IMG/VR virus record: IMGVR_UViG_3300017991_005548
Span: 232,328 to 296,327 of that record
DNA length: 64,000 nt
Reading direction: 5' to 3' (one strand)
A program made the position numbers and the translations under genes. The stretch's first letter is position 1; each line of letters opens with the position of its first letter. The notes below the pieces were generated by a model. That model saw only the letters and a list, made by a program, of their open reading frames with translations. It was not told the DNA's origin and ran no database searches. Positions 48,501 to 57,589 of the stretch are shown piece by piece.

Positions 48501-49997
48501 GTCGGTGGCGATGTCGCTATTGCTTATTATGGCAGATCTATTGGTAGTCAGTATTTCACATATTATGTTGTTTCTTCAGATATTAATGGTGGCACAGGGT
48601 CTTGGTCCTCACCATCAACGATTCAGCAATCTCCTGTAAATGCTACATCTGTAACCACTCAAGAAATAAGTCTAGTGGATTATGATGGGGTCGCAACAGT
48701 AGCATATTATGAAGCTTCATATGGTGAAATGAAAGTAGGATTTGATATTAATGAAAGAGGATATTCATCTTCAAGCTCAAGTCAACAGTACTCAGAATCA
48801 TCTTCATCTATTAGCTCACAAGGGTATTCTGAAAGCTCTTCGAGTTCTAGTGGAGCAATACCAATGTTTCAAACAACATCTGCGTCTCCAGATGTGTTTG
48901 CACCTTTTGTCTTTATATCTGGAGAGACGGTAACTTGGATATTAGGAGACGGCAATCAAGTTACTAGCAATGGTCCACTATCTCATGTATATACAGACGG
49001 AGAACCAAGCCATAACGTTGAAATACAAGCATCAAATCCTTCAAATCTTACTTCAATCAACGTTGATAGTGAAGATATTACATCTATTGACCTAAGTTAT
49101 TTCCCTGGACTTGAAAATCTTAACTGTGCCAACAACACTATTTCATCTCTGGATATATCCACTAACTCATCATTAGACTTCTTGAATTGTAACAACAACA
49201 ATATATCTTCACTTGATCTTTCCAACAACACTCTATTAGAAATAGTACGTTGCAATAATAACAATTTGACTTCACTTGATCTTTCGAACAATAGCAATGT
49301 TACCATTTTTGATTGTTCGAACAATAACATCTCAAGCTTAACGAATTTATCTGGATCAATTGATGAAATTGATGTTAGTGACAATAACTTATCGTCACTA
49401 GACACTTCCAGTATAACATCAGCAACTACCATAACATGTAGTGGTAATGTTATATCATCATTAGACGTTTCAGTTGTTACAGGTTTGGAGACTCTATATT
49501 GTGGAGGAAATAGCTTCTCATCAATTGATATCTCTTCTAATTCATCACTAATAACTTTTTCATGTGATTCCACCTCAAGTTTAACTTCTGTAAATCTGGG
49601 ATCAAGCTCAGTTGAGACAATTGCCCTTAACAACAATAACAATTTGACTTCTGTGGACATTTCGTCAAGCTCTTCAGTAACGAGCATAGCTTGCGCGAAT
49701 AGTGGACTCACTTCTGCAAATGTTGCGTCATCAACCGTAACCGCGATAACATTTGTAAACAATTCACTTACATCACTAGATGTGTCATCATGTACAGCAC
49801 TTGACGAACTTTTTGTTACATCTAACAATCTCTCATCTTCAGCAGTTAATACTATATTGATTGATCTGGACAATAATGGGCTGTCAAATGGAAATGTTCA
49901 ACTTAATGGACAATCCCCATCTGCTCCACCAACTGGAGGGGGAATAACAGCAAAAGCGAATTTACAGGCAAAAGGATGGACAGTAGTCACAGATTAA
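45546..49997 (+). CDS. 1483-aa multidomain surface/fibre protein: propeller, Ser tracts, LamG-like, NGxPAIAY propeller, leucine-rich repeats
   Basis: FIADTDNNQV; SYWKMEE...FSSWVK; repeated NG.PAI.[YF]/YVRAT.S.G.SW; L.C.NN.ISSLD[IL]S repeats. Confidence 0.8.
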   Translation: METWITESITINGDLSYALRRGEINTNYVDIEVVAYSDRWNNFDALIEFREREGGEWRSDMQISFSTANSIDKNRLRNLACASNGGLNLIRWKYPQNGLKYGQKPDIRLKILPRYLNFSTSSISFMMSENSGINFSKFIDASTWVQPINLNQSGQTIALTSDSVRIYNDLSSSYIYEYSGLSNPSFSIQINDGSYFIADTDNNQVLEVSEDFTSVINTIAVTSPVFLDYIEDNDTLLVTSSGGTIYEYVRGSFILVWTSTTSFGELSTATYSKKDFNRIVTCDSQNNQVRIIDRITNLTTTHFGFSNFVGETDSFIKPHIAVEFEDGSLTVVERIGRVATFEQFTSSSSSSLDSSSESSMTSSSLSSSSSSEGYSTSSSSSSEGVTSQSNSSSSQSNSSSSQSESSISLSESSLQYSSSSSTSSEGYSSSSSTSSEGYSESSSTSSEGYSESSSSSSTSSLGYSSSSSYNIDPFNLASFTSYWKMEEAEEGTRFDYQGNNDLSEGDRFIPRVAGKNKEAAGQFLDGLERDAVTDLIPTDSMIFSSWVKVDYADLVTGSGSQIMTWDSTSYQLSVASNSLYARVRYTSGIKEVSGPITEGVHHIFLVATKTSLKLFLDGGLLDSETFSTQNFDYFAGYKLVIGGSDGSLRAGVDGFVDEVGFWMDEDVDSFPGYAEDFAAKMWNGGNGLFPASVSSDSSDSTESFDNVSSSSDSDIYNDWNRDLIDRRKNSGFTSSMAMVNGQPAVAYYAFGIIFYSRYNGSEWEAPVLVDNTNIRTDTAISMAVVDGNPAITYSKTTNPTFTYVRATNSDGSSWGTPINVTPSGTFADDRSLAIINGNPAIAFWNFDTGGGLKYVRATDSTGSSWGSVEDVDLTSNNYGTGCSLLQVDGQPAISYTHQGAGNNAVLYYNRYNGASWVRTAIIGGSGQGIGFTTTLKFVNGNPAIAYRDDSGIKFIRSNNSTGSSWPGSEVTVASLSTAMNSSMEIVGGDVAIAYYGRSIGSQYFTYYVVSSDINGGTGSWSSPSTIQQSPVNATSVTTQEISLVDYDGVATVAYYEASYGEMKVGFDINERGYSSSSSSQQYSESSSSISSQGYSESSSSSSGAIPMFQTTSASPDVFAPFVFISGETVTWILGDGNQVTSNGPLSHVYTDGEPSHNVEIQASNPSNLTSINVDSEDITSIDLSYFPGLENLNCANNTISSLDISTNSSLDFLNCNNNNISSLDLSNNTLLEIVRCNNNNLTSLDLSNNSNVTIFDCSNNNISSLTNLSGSIDEIDVSDNNLSSLDTSSITSATTITCSGNVISSLDVSVVTGLETLYCGGNSFSSIDISSNSSLITFSCDSTSSLTSVNLGSSSVETIALNNNNNLTSVDISSSSSVTSIACANSGLTSANVASSTVTAITFVNNSLTSLDVSSCTALDELFVTSNNLSSSAVNTILIDLDNNGLSNGNVQLNGQSPSAPPTGGGITAKANLQAKGWTVVTD

Positions 49998-50007
49998 GGG
50001 TTAAATT

Positions 50008-53000
50008 ATGTCAGTACAAAACGGAATAGGATATTTAAGGGCAACATACAACCCTGACTTACACTTCACGGAAAATAGTGATGCGTATGCAAATCTTATG
50101 TATCCATACATCCAAAGTGATGGTGGGAACACTAAGAATGTATCCCTGTCCGTTGATGTCATCAACTCTGACAAAAATTTTGCGACAAAAAATAATTACA
50201 AAGAACAAGAATGGTCTATCAATGAAACAAATGGCGGAAATTTACTGTTAGACCAAGTTATTTGGGGATTTAAAGAAGCAACACATAACACAAGAGATTC
50301 TAAAGCACTAAATAATGCATTTTGTTTTAATGACCAAACCGTTACAATAAAGATAACCAAGCAAGGACACTTACAAGGATATATCGACAACGACTATCTA
50401 TATGCAAAAAATGAGATAGAACTATCTGTAGTAGATGTCGTAAGGGGCAAGGAAACTACTTTAGCTACCTATAAGGATCTAGAATCAGGTATAGATGAAG
50501 AAAATAGATCCTTACAATGGTCTATTCCTTCAAAAAGCAAAGGTTTCTACCTAAACTATGGATTTTTTGGATTATTTGTTTTTAGAATTAAGGTCACAAG
50601 CGGATATTATATCGATGCCAGAAGGAACGTTAAATCAAGTTATCAGGATCGTATAACAAATGCATATCTACAACTATTGACTTTTTCTGCCGATCAAGAA
50701 GCTGTTAATGTACAGTCTGATTCCATTAATATCTTCGAAGGGAATCCCCAACCAAATGATTCTTTAACAGATCTGTTTGACAAAAGCATTTTTGCTTCCT
50801 TGGAACAATACAACCAGAATCCGTTAAGTGGTAGTCAGAAAAAAGCGATTATCGCTGATCAAATAGCTGTGCTATTTATGTCACAACATCCTGTTGTATC
50901 ATCAGACATAACTCCTTCAAAGATACAGGGATTTGGTGGAGAAAAGGCCATTCAACCACAAAAGATAATAGAGAAAGCAATAACATATGCTGAAAGGTAC
51001 GATCCTGATGTCATTCAATTGGCACAGAATAGATTGTTTGGTATGTTAGCTAATTATAAGACTTTCAGTTTTGCTGATGAAATAAACAACCTATTCTCAT
51101 CTACTAATCAATCAGCACAGAATCTTGTTGAACCGACAAGAATCATTTATATGGATGAGTATGGTGACCTATCAGATGACATGGGTGTTGATGGAATATT
51201 GTTCACTCCATATGTTGTTGAGAATGTTCATACAGAAATTTTAAGTAATGTACCCCCAGCAGAAGCATATGAGATCCCACTCTATAAATATAGTGTAGGT
51301 ATTGATACCCTTGTTGTTACTGATCTATCCGATGAGAATCTTGGATGCGGAGATACTGACATTAAACTGGCATTCAATGTTATCTTCGGAGACAATAAAA
51401 TAGACAAGATTTATTATCAGGTATGGCTGAGAAACAATAAGTCCTATTTAGAATATGTAGACAAAAGTGGAACCTCAACTGATCATTCGTTTGATTTTAG
51501 TGCTCCAGGTGGAATTTCCTGTACATACAGTGGAGGCAGTTTAACCCTGGGAGACATTGTAACAGCAAGAGTAACTATAATTGATATCTATGGTTTTTCC
51601 AATGTTTTTGAAAGGAAGTTGTTTATACCTCTTAATAATGACAGACCAGCCATTACAGAAATCACTTCATTCCAAAGACAAGATGGAAGTGGATTGATTG
51701 ACGTTTTCTATCATTACCAAGGAACATCTGAAGTTAATGCCGCAAATGTCTCTTTGACTTATTCAACAAACAATTCGTCATTCTCAAGTGTTTCCACAAA
51801 TGTAATTGGGGATATCGGTTTGGGCATTATGCCAGGCCATAGAAAGATAACTTGGAACCCAACATCAGTATTATCATCAAGTAATGATGTCGTTTTTGTA
51901 AAAATAACTTTAACTGATGTTGATGAATATTCTAATGCAGGAATAACTGAATCCAGTGTTGTCGTTGTTGATTTGACAACTCCAGAAGTTTCAATTAGAA
52001 AATTGTCGTTAGAAGAAGATGAGGACATGGAAGAAAGCAGTTCGTTGTCTGATTCAAGTGAGACTTCATTAAGTTCAGAAAGCTCAGAGTCATCTATGGG
52101 TTATAGTACAAGCTCTTCCCAATCTGATGGCCCAAGTTCTGAATCAAGTTCATCAAGTGAAGGCTACTCTGAAAGTTCCTCTACTAGTTCAGAAGGTTAT
52201 TCAGAAAGTTCTTCTACTAGTTCAGAAGGTTATTCAGAAAGTTCGTCTTCACAATCTGATAGTTCTAGTAGTTCAGAAGGCTATTCAGAAAGCTCCTCAA
52301 CTAGTTCAGAAGGCTATTCAGAAAGTTCGAGTTCACAAAGTGAAAGTTCTTCGTCAGAGATGTATTCCGAAAGCTCATCAACTTCAAGTTTTATGTATTC
52401 TGAATCAAGTAGCTCAACTAGTGGAGATTTCGAAATTGTGGACGGGGACTCCAATTATATTTCCATGTCTGTAATAAATGGTCGTCCAGCAATCGCATAT
52501 GTCCCAGTTAGTTCTAGTAATGTGTCCTATATAAGATCTGATGATGTAAATGGAGAGTCCTGGTCAGACTCTCCTTTGGGGGTTGGAAGTGGGGATAGAT
52601 ATCCATCACTATTGACAGTATCTTCTCGTCCATGCATCGCCGCAGTTGTTGGGCCATCTTCTAATCAAGCAAGGTTTTCAAGAGCCAGTAATGTAGATGG
52701 TAGTAACTGGGGTACTCCAATTGTTAATGTCTTAATTGGAAGTAATGCAACCCAATTTACTGATCTAAAAATAATCAGTGGTAATCCAGCCGTTGTATAT
52801 GATAGCTCATTTCTAACGTATGTTCGGGCAACCAACTCTACTGGTACGTCTTGGGGCACTCCAGTAACAATAAGCTCAAACACTACAAGAGGGAGTTTAA
52901 ATACAGTTAGTTCAAGGCCAGCCATTTCTTTTGTTAATTACTCAACCCAAGACCTAATGTATTTAAGGGCGGATGACTCAACAGGATCGGCATGGACGGC

Positions 53001-53439
53001 AACTCCAATAGCCGTTGATGCAATAGGGACAGGATCTGCTTTGTCTGTATTAGAAATAATAAATGGTCGTCCAGCAATTGCATATTCACTCTCTGACGGA
53101 TCGCTGATGTATATAAGAGCGGATGACTCAACAGGATCGGCATGGACAGCAACCCCAATAACTGTTGACTCAGGAGCTTCTATAACTTGGAAATCAATGA
53201 TTGTTGTTAACGGTAATCCTGCTATAGCTTATGTAAGTGGATCATCAGAGTTAATGTATATAAGAGCAGATGACTCAACAGGATCGGCATGGACGGCAAC
53301 TCCAATAACTGTTGATGGAAACAATGCAGGGCAGTATAACTCTATGCAAGTTGTTAATGGGAACCCTGCTATAGCATATAAAGGAAATAGCCAACTTAAA
53401 TATATTAGAGCTAAGGACGCTAATGGAGATTCTTGGTAA
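50008..53439 (+). CDS. 1143-aa protein with Ser tract and C-terminal NGxPAIAY propeller
   Basis: SEGYSES repeats; seven NG/SG.PA[IV] blades. Confidence 0.78.
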   Translation: MSVQNGIGYLRATYNPDLHFTENSDAYANLMYPYIQSDGGNTKNVSLSVDVINSDKNFATKNNYKEQEWSINETNGGNLLLDQVIWGFKEATHNTRDSKALNNAFCFNDQTVTIKITKQGHLQGYIDNDYLYAKNEIELSVVDVVRGKETTLATYKDLESGIDEENRSLQWSIPSKSKGFYLNYGFFGLFVFRIKVTSGYYIDARRNVKSSYQDRITNAYLQLLTFSADQEAVNVQSDSINIFEGNPQPNDSLTDLFDKSIFASLEQYNQNPLSGSQKKAIIADQIAVLFMSQHPVVSSDITPSKIQGFGGEKAIQPQKIIEKAITYAERYDPDVIQLAQNRLFGMLANYKTFSFADEINNLFSSTNQSAQNLVEPTRIIYMDEYGDLSDDMGVDGILFTPYVVENVHTEILSNVPPAEAYEIPLYKYSVGIDTLVVTDLSDENLGCGDTDIKLAFNVIFGDNKIDKIYYQVWLRNNKSYLEYVDKSGTSTDHSFDFSAPGGISCTYSGGSLTLGDIVTARVTIIDIYGFSNVFERKLFIPLNNDRPAITEITSFQRQDGSGLIDVFYHYQGTSEVNAANVSLTYSTNNSSFSSVSTNVIGDIGLGIMPGHRKITWNPTSVLSSSNDVVFVKITLTDVDEYSNAGITESSVVVVDLTTPEVSIRKLSLEEDEDMEESSSLSDSSETSLSSESSESSMGYSTSSSQSDGPSSESSSSSEGYSESSSTSSEGYSESSSTSSEGYSESSSSQSDSSSSSEGYSESSSTSSEGYSESSSSQSESSSSEMYSESSSTSSFMYSESSSSTSGDFEIVDGDSNYISMSVINGRPAIAYVPVSSSNVSYIRSDDVNGESWSDSPLGVGSGDRYPSLLTVSSRPCIAAVVGPSSNQARFSRASNVDGSNWGTPIVNVLIGSNATQFTDLKIISGNPAVVYDSSFLTYVRATNSTGTSWGTPVTISSNTTRGSLNTVSSRPAISFVNYSTQDLMYLRADDSTGSAWTATPIAVDAIGTGSALSVLEIINGRPAIAYSLSDGSLMYIRADDSTGSAWTATPITVDSGASITWKSMIVVNGNPAIAYVSGSSELMYIRADDSTGSAWTATPITVDGNNAGQYNSMQVVNGNPAIAYKGNSQLKYIRAKDANGDSW
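52972..53310 (+). repeat. three in-frame near-identical propeller-blade repeats
   Basis: GATGACTCAACAGGATCGGCATGGAC at 52972, 53122 and 53269 (RADDSTGSAWTATPI). Confidence 0.9.
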
Positions 53440-55833
53440 ATGATCCTAGAGCAAACAAAAATATTAACTAATCGATACCCTCCAGAATATTTTTCTATGG
53501 ATTTAGATAACCGTGGATATCCACATCTTGTTTGGGTAGAGCAAAAGAATGGTCATTTCGATCTCATCTATAAATTCTGGAATGGACTCGACTGGGAATC
53601 TCTAGAAACAGAAGTTATCTATAGATCCGACGAAGACATCTCATATGTGAATTTGGTAATTGCAAGTGGGAAAGTCCTAATCATATTTTTGAAAAAATCT
53701 GATGAAAACTCGGTAATAGGATTTGTAAAAATCGATCAAGTTGTCGAAGAAATTATTGAATACGAAACGGGAGGCTTTGTAAACTGGGTTAGCCTTATAA
53801 CAGATACTACTGAAAAGAAAAGACCTTATGTAATTACTCATGAAGTATATGAATTCAAAGTTTATCAATTAACTGATGAAAATCTGATATTGAAGAGTTT
53901 ACAATCAAAGGTTCTTGACGATTTTGATAACATCAAGGTTTCAAATACAGTTGACAATTTTATTATTGCAATTAATGGTGAAGAAAGTATAGAGTTTAAT
54001 TTCTATGATTACACTTCCAATACTTGGGCCAATTCAAGTTTTATTGAACTTTCTAGTTCAGCAGTTGGTAATGTCGTTGATTTTGATGTTAAGGGGTTGG
54101 CATCATCTAGTAAGGCAGGATTCACGTTTTTAAGAAACGATACCGCAGATCAAATTTATTATGTTGTCTCTGATAGCTCAGGAACTGAAACCACTCTTGG
54201 GACAAACCCAATACACCAAGTCTCAACCAGTCTTACCGCGCCTAATGGTTTCTCAATAGGTGGATTCGTAAATGTAAGTTTATCATATGAAAGCGACTTT
54301 AAACCTAACATATTCGTCCTTGGAACTCAGAACATAAAACTTTCTTATAACGGTGAATGGAATTCTGATATCATAGGAGTCCCAACAAAATCAGAATCAA
54401 CAGTATTTATATTCAACTCATTTAATATTGTGACCGTCTCTAGTGGACAAATATACTTTTTCAATTTGGTTGATGACGCTATCGTTGGAGAGGAAGTCTT
54501 AATTTCTTTACTAAATGCAAAAGAGTTTATTGTCTCAGATTGGAAAAAAGGAGCACTCGTTCCTCAAGAGTTAAGTTTTGTCGATAATTATGACAATGAA
54601 GTTGGGGACATATTGAGGGATGCATTGTCTCCAATACTTGTGACAGCTTCAAATGAACATCCAGGTTATGCATCATCATCATCAACCTCATCAGAAAGTT
54701 CGCCAAGCTCTAGTTCGACATCGTCAACTTCTGATAGCTCACCAAGTTCAACATCATATAGCTCCATAAGTTCATTATCTATTAGTTCACAATCCGTTTC
54801 CGATAGCTCTTCATCTCAATCATTGTCCTCAAGTTCCTCAAGCTCATCAAGTGGAGGTTACTCCGAATCGTCATCATCTAGTGTTGGTTATTCTGAATCA
54901 TCATCATCTAGCATAGGGTTCTCTGAATCATCTAGTTCAATTTCCGAATCTTCAAGTGAAGGGTTCTCTGAATCATCCCCATCAAGCCAAGGAAATTCAG
55001 AATCATCTAGTTCATATTCTGAGTCCTCAAGTGGAGGTTATTCAGAATCGTCATCAACTGGAAATGTTCGTTTTGAATATTTGTTGTGTGACTTATTTAC
55101 GGAAAGTATAAGCTCAGAGTCGTCTAGCTCTGATCCGATGTCAAGTAGCTCTCAATCAATGAGTAGCAAATCTGAATCCAGCAGTTCTCAGAGTGAAAGT
55201 TCTCAATCTGAAAGCTCTCAATCTGAAAGCTCTAGTTCAGAAGCAATACTAGACAGTTCATCATCCTCTTCTTCTTCGTCTGATGGAGGAGTGCCAGCCG
55301 CAATCGAATGTACATTTAATCATGGATGGCCTGGATGTACTCTTACTGACCCAAAAGTTAACATAACACTTACTGGAATTAACTCTGGAAACTCTGATGG
55401 AGGAAGTGGGACTCCACTAGATCCATATTACAAAACATTCTTTGGATGTAATTTTACCAATGGTCAACCCCAAGAAATATGTGGAACATTTGGAAGCAAC
55501 GCAAGTTTAGAATACTGGAGCGTTACTGGTAGTCAAGAAAGATTAAGGTTGGAAGCTTGGGCCGTAAGTAGTCGTCATAGAGTAAATGTATATACCACAT
55601 CTATATGGAATCCGAATGGAATTTTTGAAAAATTCATAAATGGTGGAAATACATTCACTATAAATAACTGGAATGGGGACACCACACCTCCTAATGATGC
55701 TTATGTAACACCTACCAACTGGTCCATTGGTGGAGTTAAAATCTTAGATGAGCAATTTGGCTATGTTGTGAATACTGATGGAATAACCATTAGATGGGAC
55801 CGTGGAGCGAATGGATCTGGTCAAAGTTGGTAA
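53440..55833 (+). CDS. 797-aa protein: N-terminal propeller-like region, Ser tract, Cys-containing C-terminal domain
   Basis: D..GYPHLVW...LIYKFWNG..W blade; [GV]GYSES repeats. Confidence 0.75.
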   Translation: MILEQTKILTNRYPPEYFSMDLDNRGYPHLVWVEQKNGHFDLIYKFWNGLDWESLETEVIYRSDEDISYVNLVIASGKVLIIFLKKSDENSVIGFVKIDQVVEEIIEYETGGFVNWVSLITDTTEKKRPYVITHEVYEFKVYQLTDENLILKSLQSKVLDDFDNIKVSNTVDNFIIAINGEESIEFNFYDYTSNTWANSSFIELSSSAVGNVVDFDVKGLASSSKAGFTFLRNDTADQIYYVVSDSSGTETTLGTNPIHQVSTSLTAPNGFSIGGFVNVSLSYESDFKPNIFVLGTQNIKLSYNGEWNSDIIGVPTKSESTVFIFNSFNIVTVSSGQIYFFNLVDDAIVGEEVLISLLNAKEFIVSDWKKGALVPQELSFVDNYDNEVGDILRDALSPILVTASNEHPGYASSSSTSSESSPSSSSTSSTSDSSPSSTSYSSISSLSISSQSVSDSSSSQSLSSSSSSSSSGGYSESSSSSVGYSESSSSSIGFSESSSSISESSSEGFSESSPSSQGNSESSSSYSESSSGGYSESSSTGNVRFEYLLCDLFTESISSESSSSDPMSSSSQSMSSKSESSSSQSESSQSESSQSESSSSEAILDSSSSSSSSSDGGVPAAIECTFNHGWPGCTLTDPKVNITLTGINSGNSDGGSGTPLDPYYKTFFGCNFTNGQPQEICGTFGSNASLEYWSVTGSQERLRLEAWAVSSRHRVNVYTTSIWNPNGIFEKFINGGNTFTINNWNGDTTPPNDAYVTPTNWSIGGVKILDEQFGYVVNTDGITIRWDRGANGSGQSW

Positions 55834-55881
55834 TTCTTCCTGTATAATGTCAATGATACACCATTCTTAGGAGAATTTATA

Positions 55882-56721
55882 ATGAACGTAGGTATCGTTG
55901 GTCATGGTTTCGTAGGTAAGGCTTTAGATTTCGGCTTCAAAGATAATCACAATCTTTTTATATACGACAAATTCAAAGATCTTATGTCTTTGGAAGAAGT
56001 ACTTGAAAAGTCAGATGTAATTTTCTTCTGTCTTCCAACTCCATTTGATGAAGACTCAATGCATATCGATCTCACAATATATGATGAGGTTATTGAAGAA
56101 GCATCAAGATTAGTAAACAATAAACTCTTTGTTATTAAGTCAACGGTTGTTCCAGAAACAACAGCTAAATATCAAGAAATGTATCCAAACAATGAGTTCG
56201 CCTTCAACCCAGAATTCTTAACTGAAGCTCATGCAAATGAAGATTTTATCCATGCTAAAAGAATTGTCCTGGGTGGAAGCTCAATTGCTGTAAACATTCT
56301 CGAAAAGCTATATAGAGAATGCTGGTGTTTCAAAGAAACTCCGATCATCAAAATGAGTACAACAGAAGCAGAAGTTGTTAAGTATCAGGCCAATATCATT
56401 CTTGCCACAAGAGTCGCCATTTCAAATTACTTCTATGACATCTGTCAAGCAACCAATTCAAACTACAATAAAGTAAGAGAAGGGGTTATCACAGACACTA
56501 GAATTGGTGAGTCTCATTCCAAAGTCACTGAAGAACGTGGTTTCGGCGGGAAATGTTTTGTGAAAGACCTTGCCGCAATTATTGGTAAAGGTAACGATTT
56601 GGAGATAGACACTGCTCTTGTCCAAGAAGTCTTCGATTATAATAATAGAATCAGAAAGACCAAGGATTGGCAAGAGATCGCAGGAGCAACCTCTTCAGGC
56701 AAACAGTATAAACAAGAATAA
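55882..56721 (+). CDS. UDP-glucose/GDP-mannose dehydrogenase family protein lacking the C-terminal domain
   Basis: GHGFVG Rossmann motif, LPTP, IKSTVVP, NPEFL, catalytic Cys in GFGGKCFVKD; only 279 aa. Confidence 0.9.
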   Translation: MNVGIVGHGFVGKALDFGFKDNHNLFIYDKFKDLMSLEEVLEKSDVIFFCLPTPFDEDSMHIDLTIYDEVIEEASRLVNNKLFVIKSTVVPETTAKYQEMYPNNEFAFNPEFLTEAHANEDFIHAKRIVLGGSSIAVNILEKLYRECWCFKETPIIKMSTTEAEVVKYQANIILATRVAISNYFYDICQATNSNYNKVREGVITDTRIGESHSKVTEERGFGGKCFVKDLAAIIGKGNDLEIDTALVQEVFDYNNRIRKTKDWQEIAGATSSGKQYKQE

Positions 56722-56744
56722 TTTATTCTTCAAACAAGAATAGT

Positions 56745-57002
56745 TTATCCTTCGTGGTTGGACCTGGCTTTACTACCACAGAATTTGCAAACCGCATAAA
56801 ACTCGTAGATATCGCACAGTTCCATTTTTCTACCAAGCTCTTCATTGTATTCAACGATAGTACCATCCTTAGTGATTGTAAGGATAGTAGTGTTGTCCTC
56901 TACTGAGCACTCATGATTTTGACACCAATCAAGCATCTGAAAGAACCTATGAATATTTTCTTTCAAACCAAGACAAGTTAGATCACCTTTTATAACTATC
57001 AT
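56745..57002 (-). CDS. small Cys-rich hypothetical protein
   Basis: 85 aa, CKFC; GGGGT upstream. Confidence 0.55.
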   Translation of the reverse strand: MIVIKGDLTCLGLKENIHRFFQMLDWCQNHECSVEDNTTILTITKDGTIVEYNEELGRKMELCDIYEFYAVCKFCGSKARSNHEG

Positions 57003-57104
57003 CTTAACCCCCTATAACGAAAAGACTGACACTATATAATACTGAAAAAGGACCTGCAAATCCTCTATTTTTTGTAAGTGTTTGAGGCTAAGATTGTACT
57101 AGAC

Positions 57105-57308
57105 TTAGGATCGTATACTTCTGTTATCTAGAACAGGGAAGGGAGGGTCTTTGAAAGGTTGTGGATCATCTACTTTACCAGAATACATAAAAGGTTCCCA
57201 TCCTCCACCACAATTCTCGCAGACAATCCATCGATCTTTTACGTTGATTTCATTCTGATAACCGCAATGCGGACATTCTTCCTTAAATGCTATTTTTATA
57301 ATTCTCAT
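57105..57308 (-). CDS. small zinc-ribbon protein
   Basis: CPHCG...CENCG. Confidence 0.7.
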   Translation of the reverse strand: MRIIKIAFKEECPHCGYQNEINVKDRWIVCENCGGGWEPFMYSGKVDDPQPFKDPPFPVLDNRSIRS

Positions 57309-57589
57309 AAATACTTTTGATTCCTAAAACAAGTTTGTGGTGGAACGTTGGAAGTGTCATCATCTTCCTCATCGTTCTCTTGGCTTTGACCTGTATCATT
57401 CGCAGAAACTCGACCATCCCCAGATGGATAAGGATAACTCCCAGGTTCTTGACCAATTACATCACATCTCATGGAATGAGTTGGACTTTCTGAATTCCCA
57501 GACTTCTTTAACTGATACATCAAAGGAGTGAATCTCTCAAGATTCCTCTGATTCTCTTCTTCACTTCTGTCTGACAATTTGCTGGACAT
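57305..57589 (-). CDS. hypothetical acidic protein (start likely MSSKL)
   Basis: Coupled to both neighbours. Confidence 0.5.
   Translation of the reverse strand: MSSKLSDRSEEENQRNLERFTPLMYQLKKSGNSESPTHSMRCDVIGQEPGSYPYPSGDGRVSANDTGQSQENDEEDDDTSNVPPQTCFRNQKYL

Noticed and set aside
52972-53310. CRISPR-like spaced direct repeats
   Set aside because: Only three copies, in frame, spacers about 120 bp and homologous to each other: coding propeller blades
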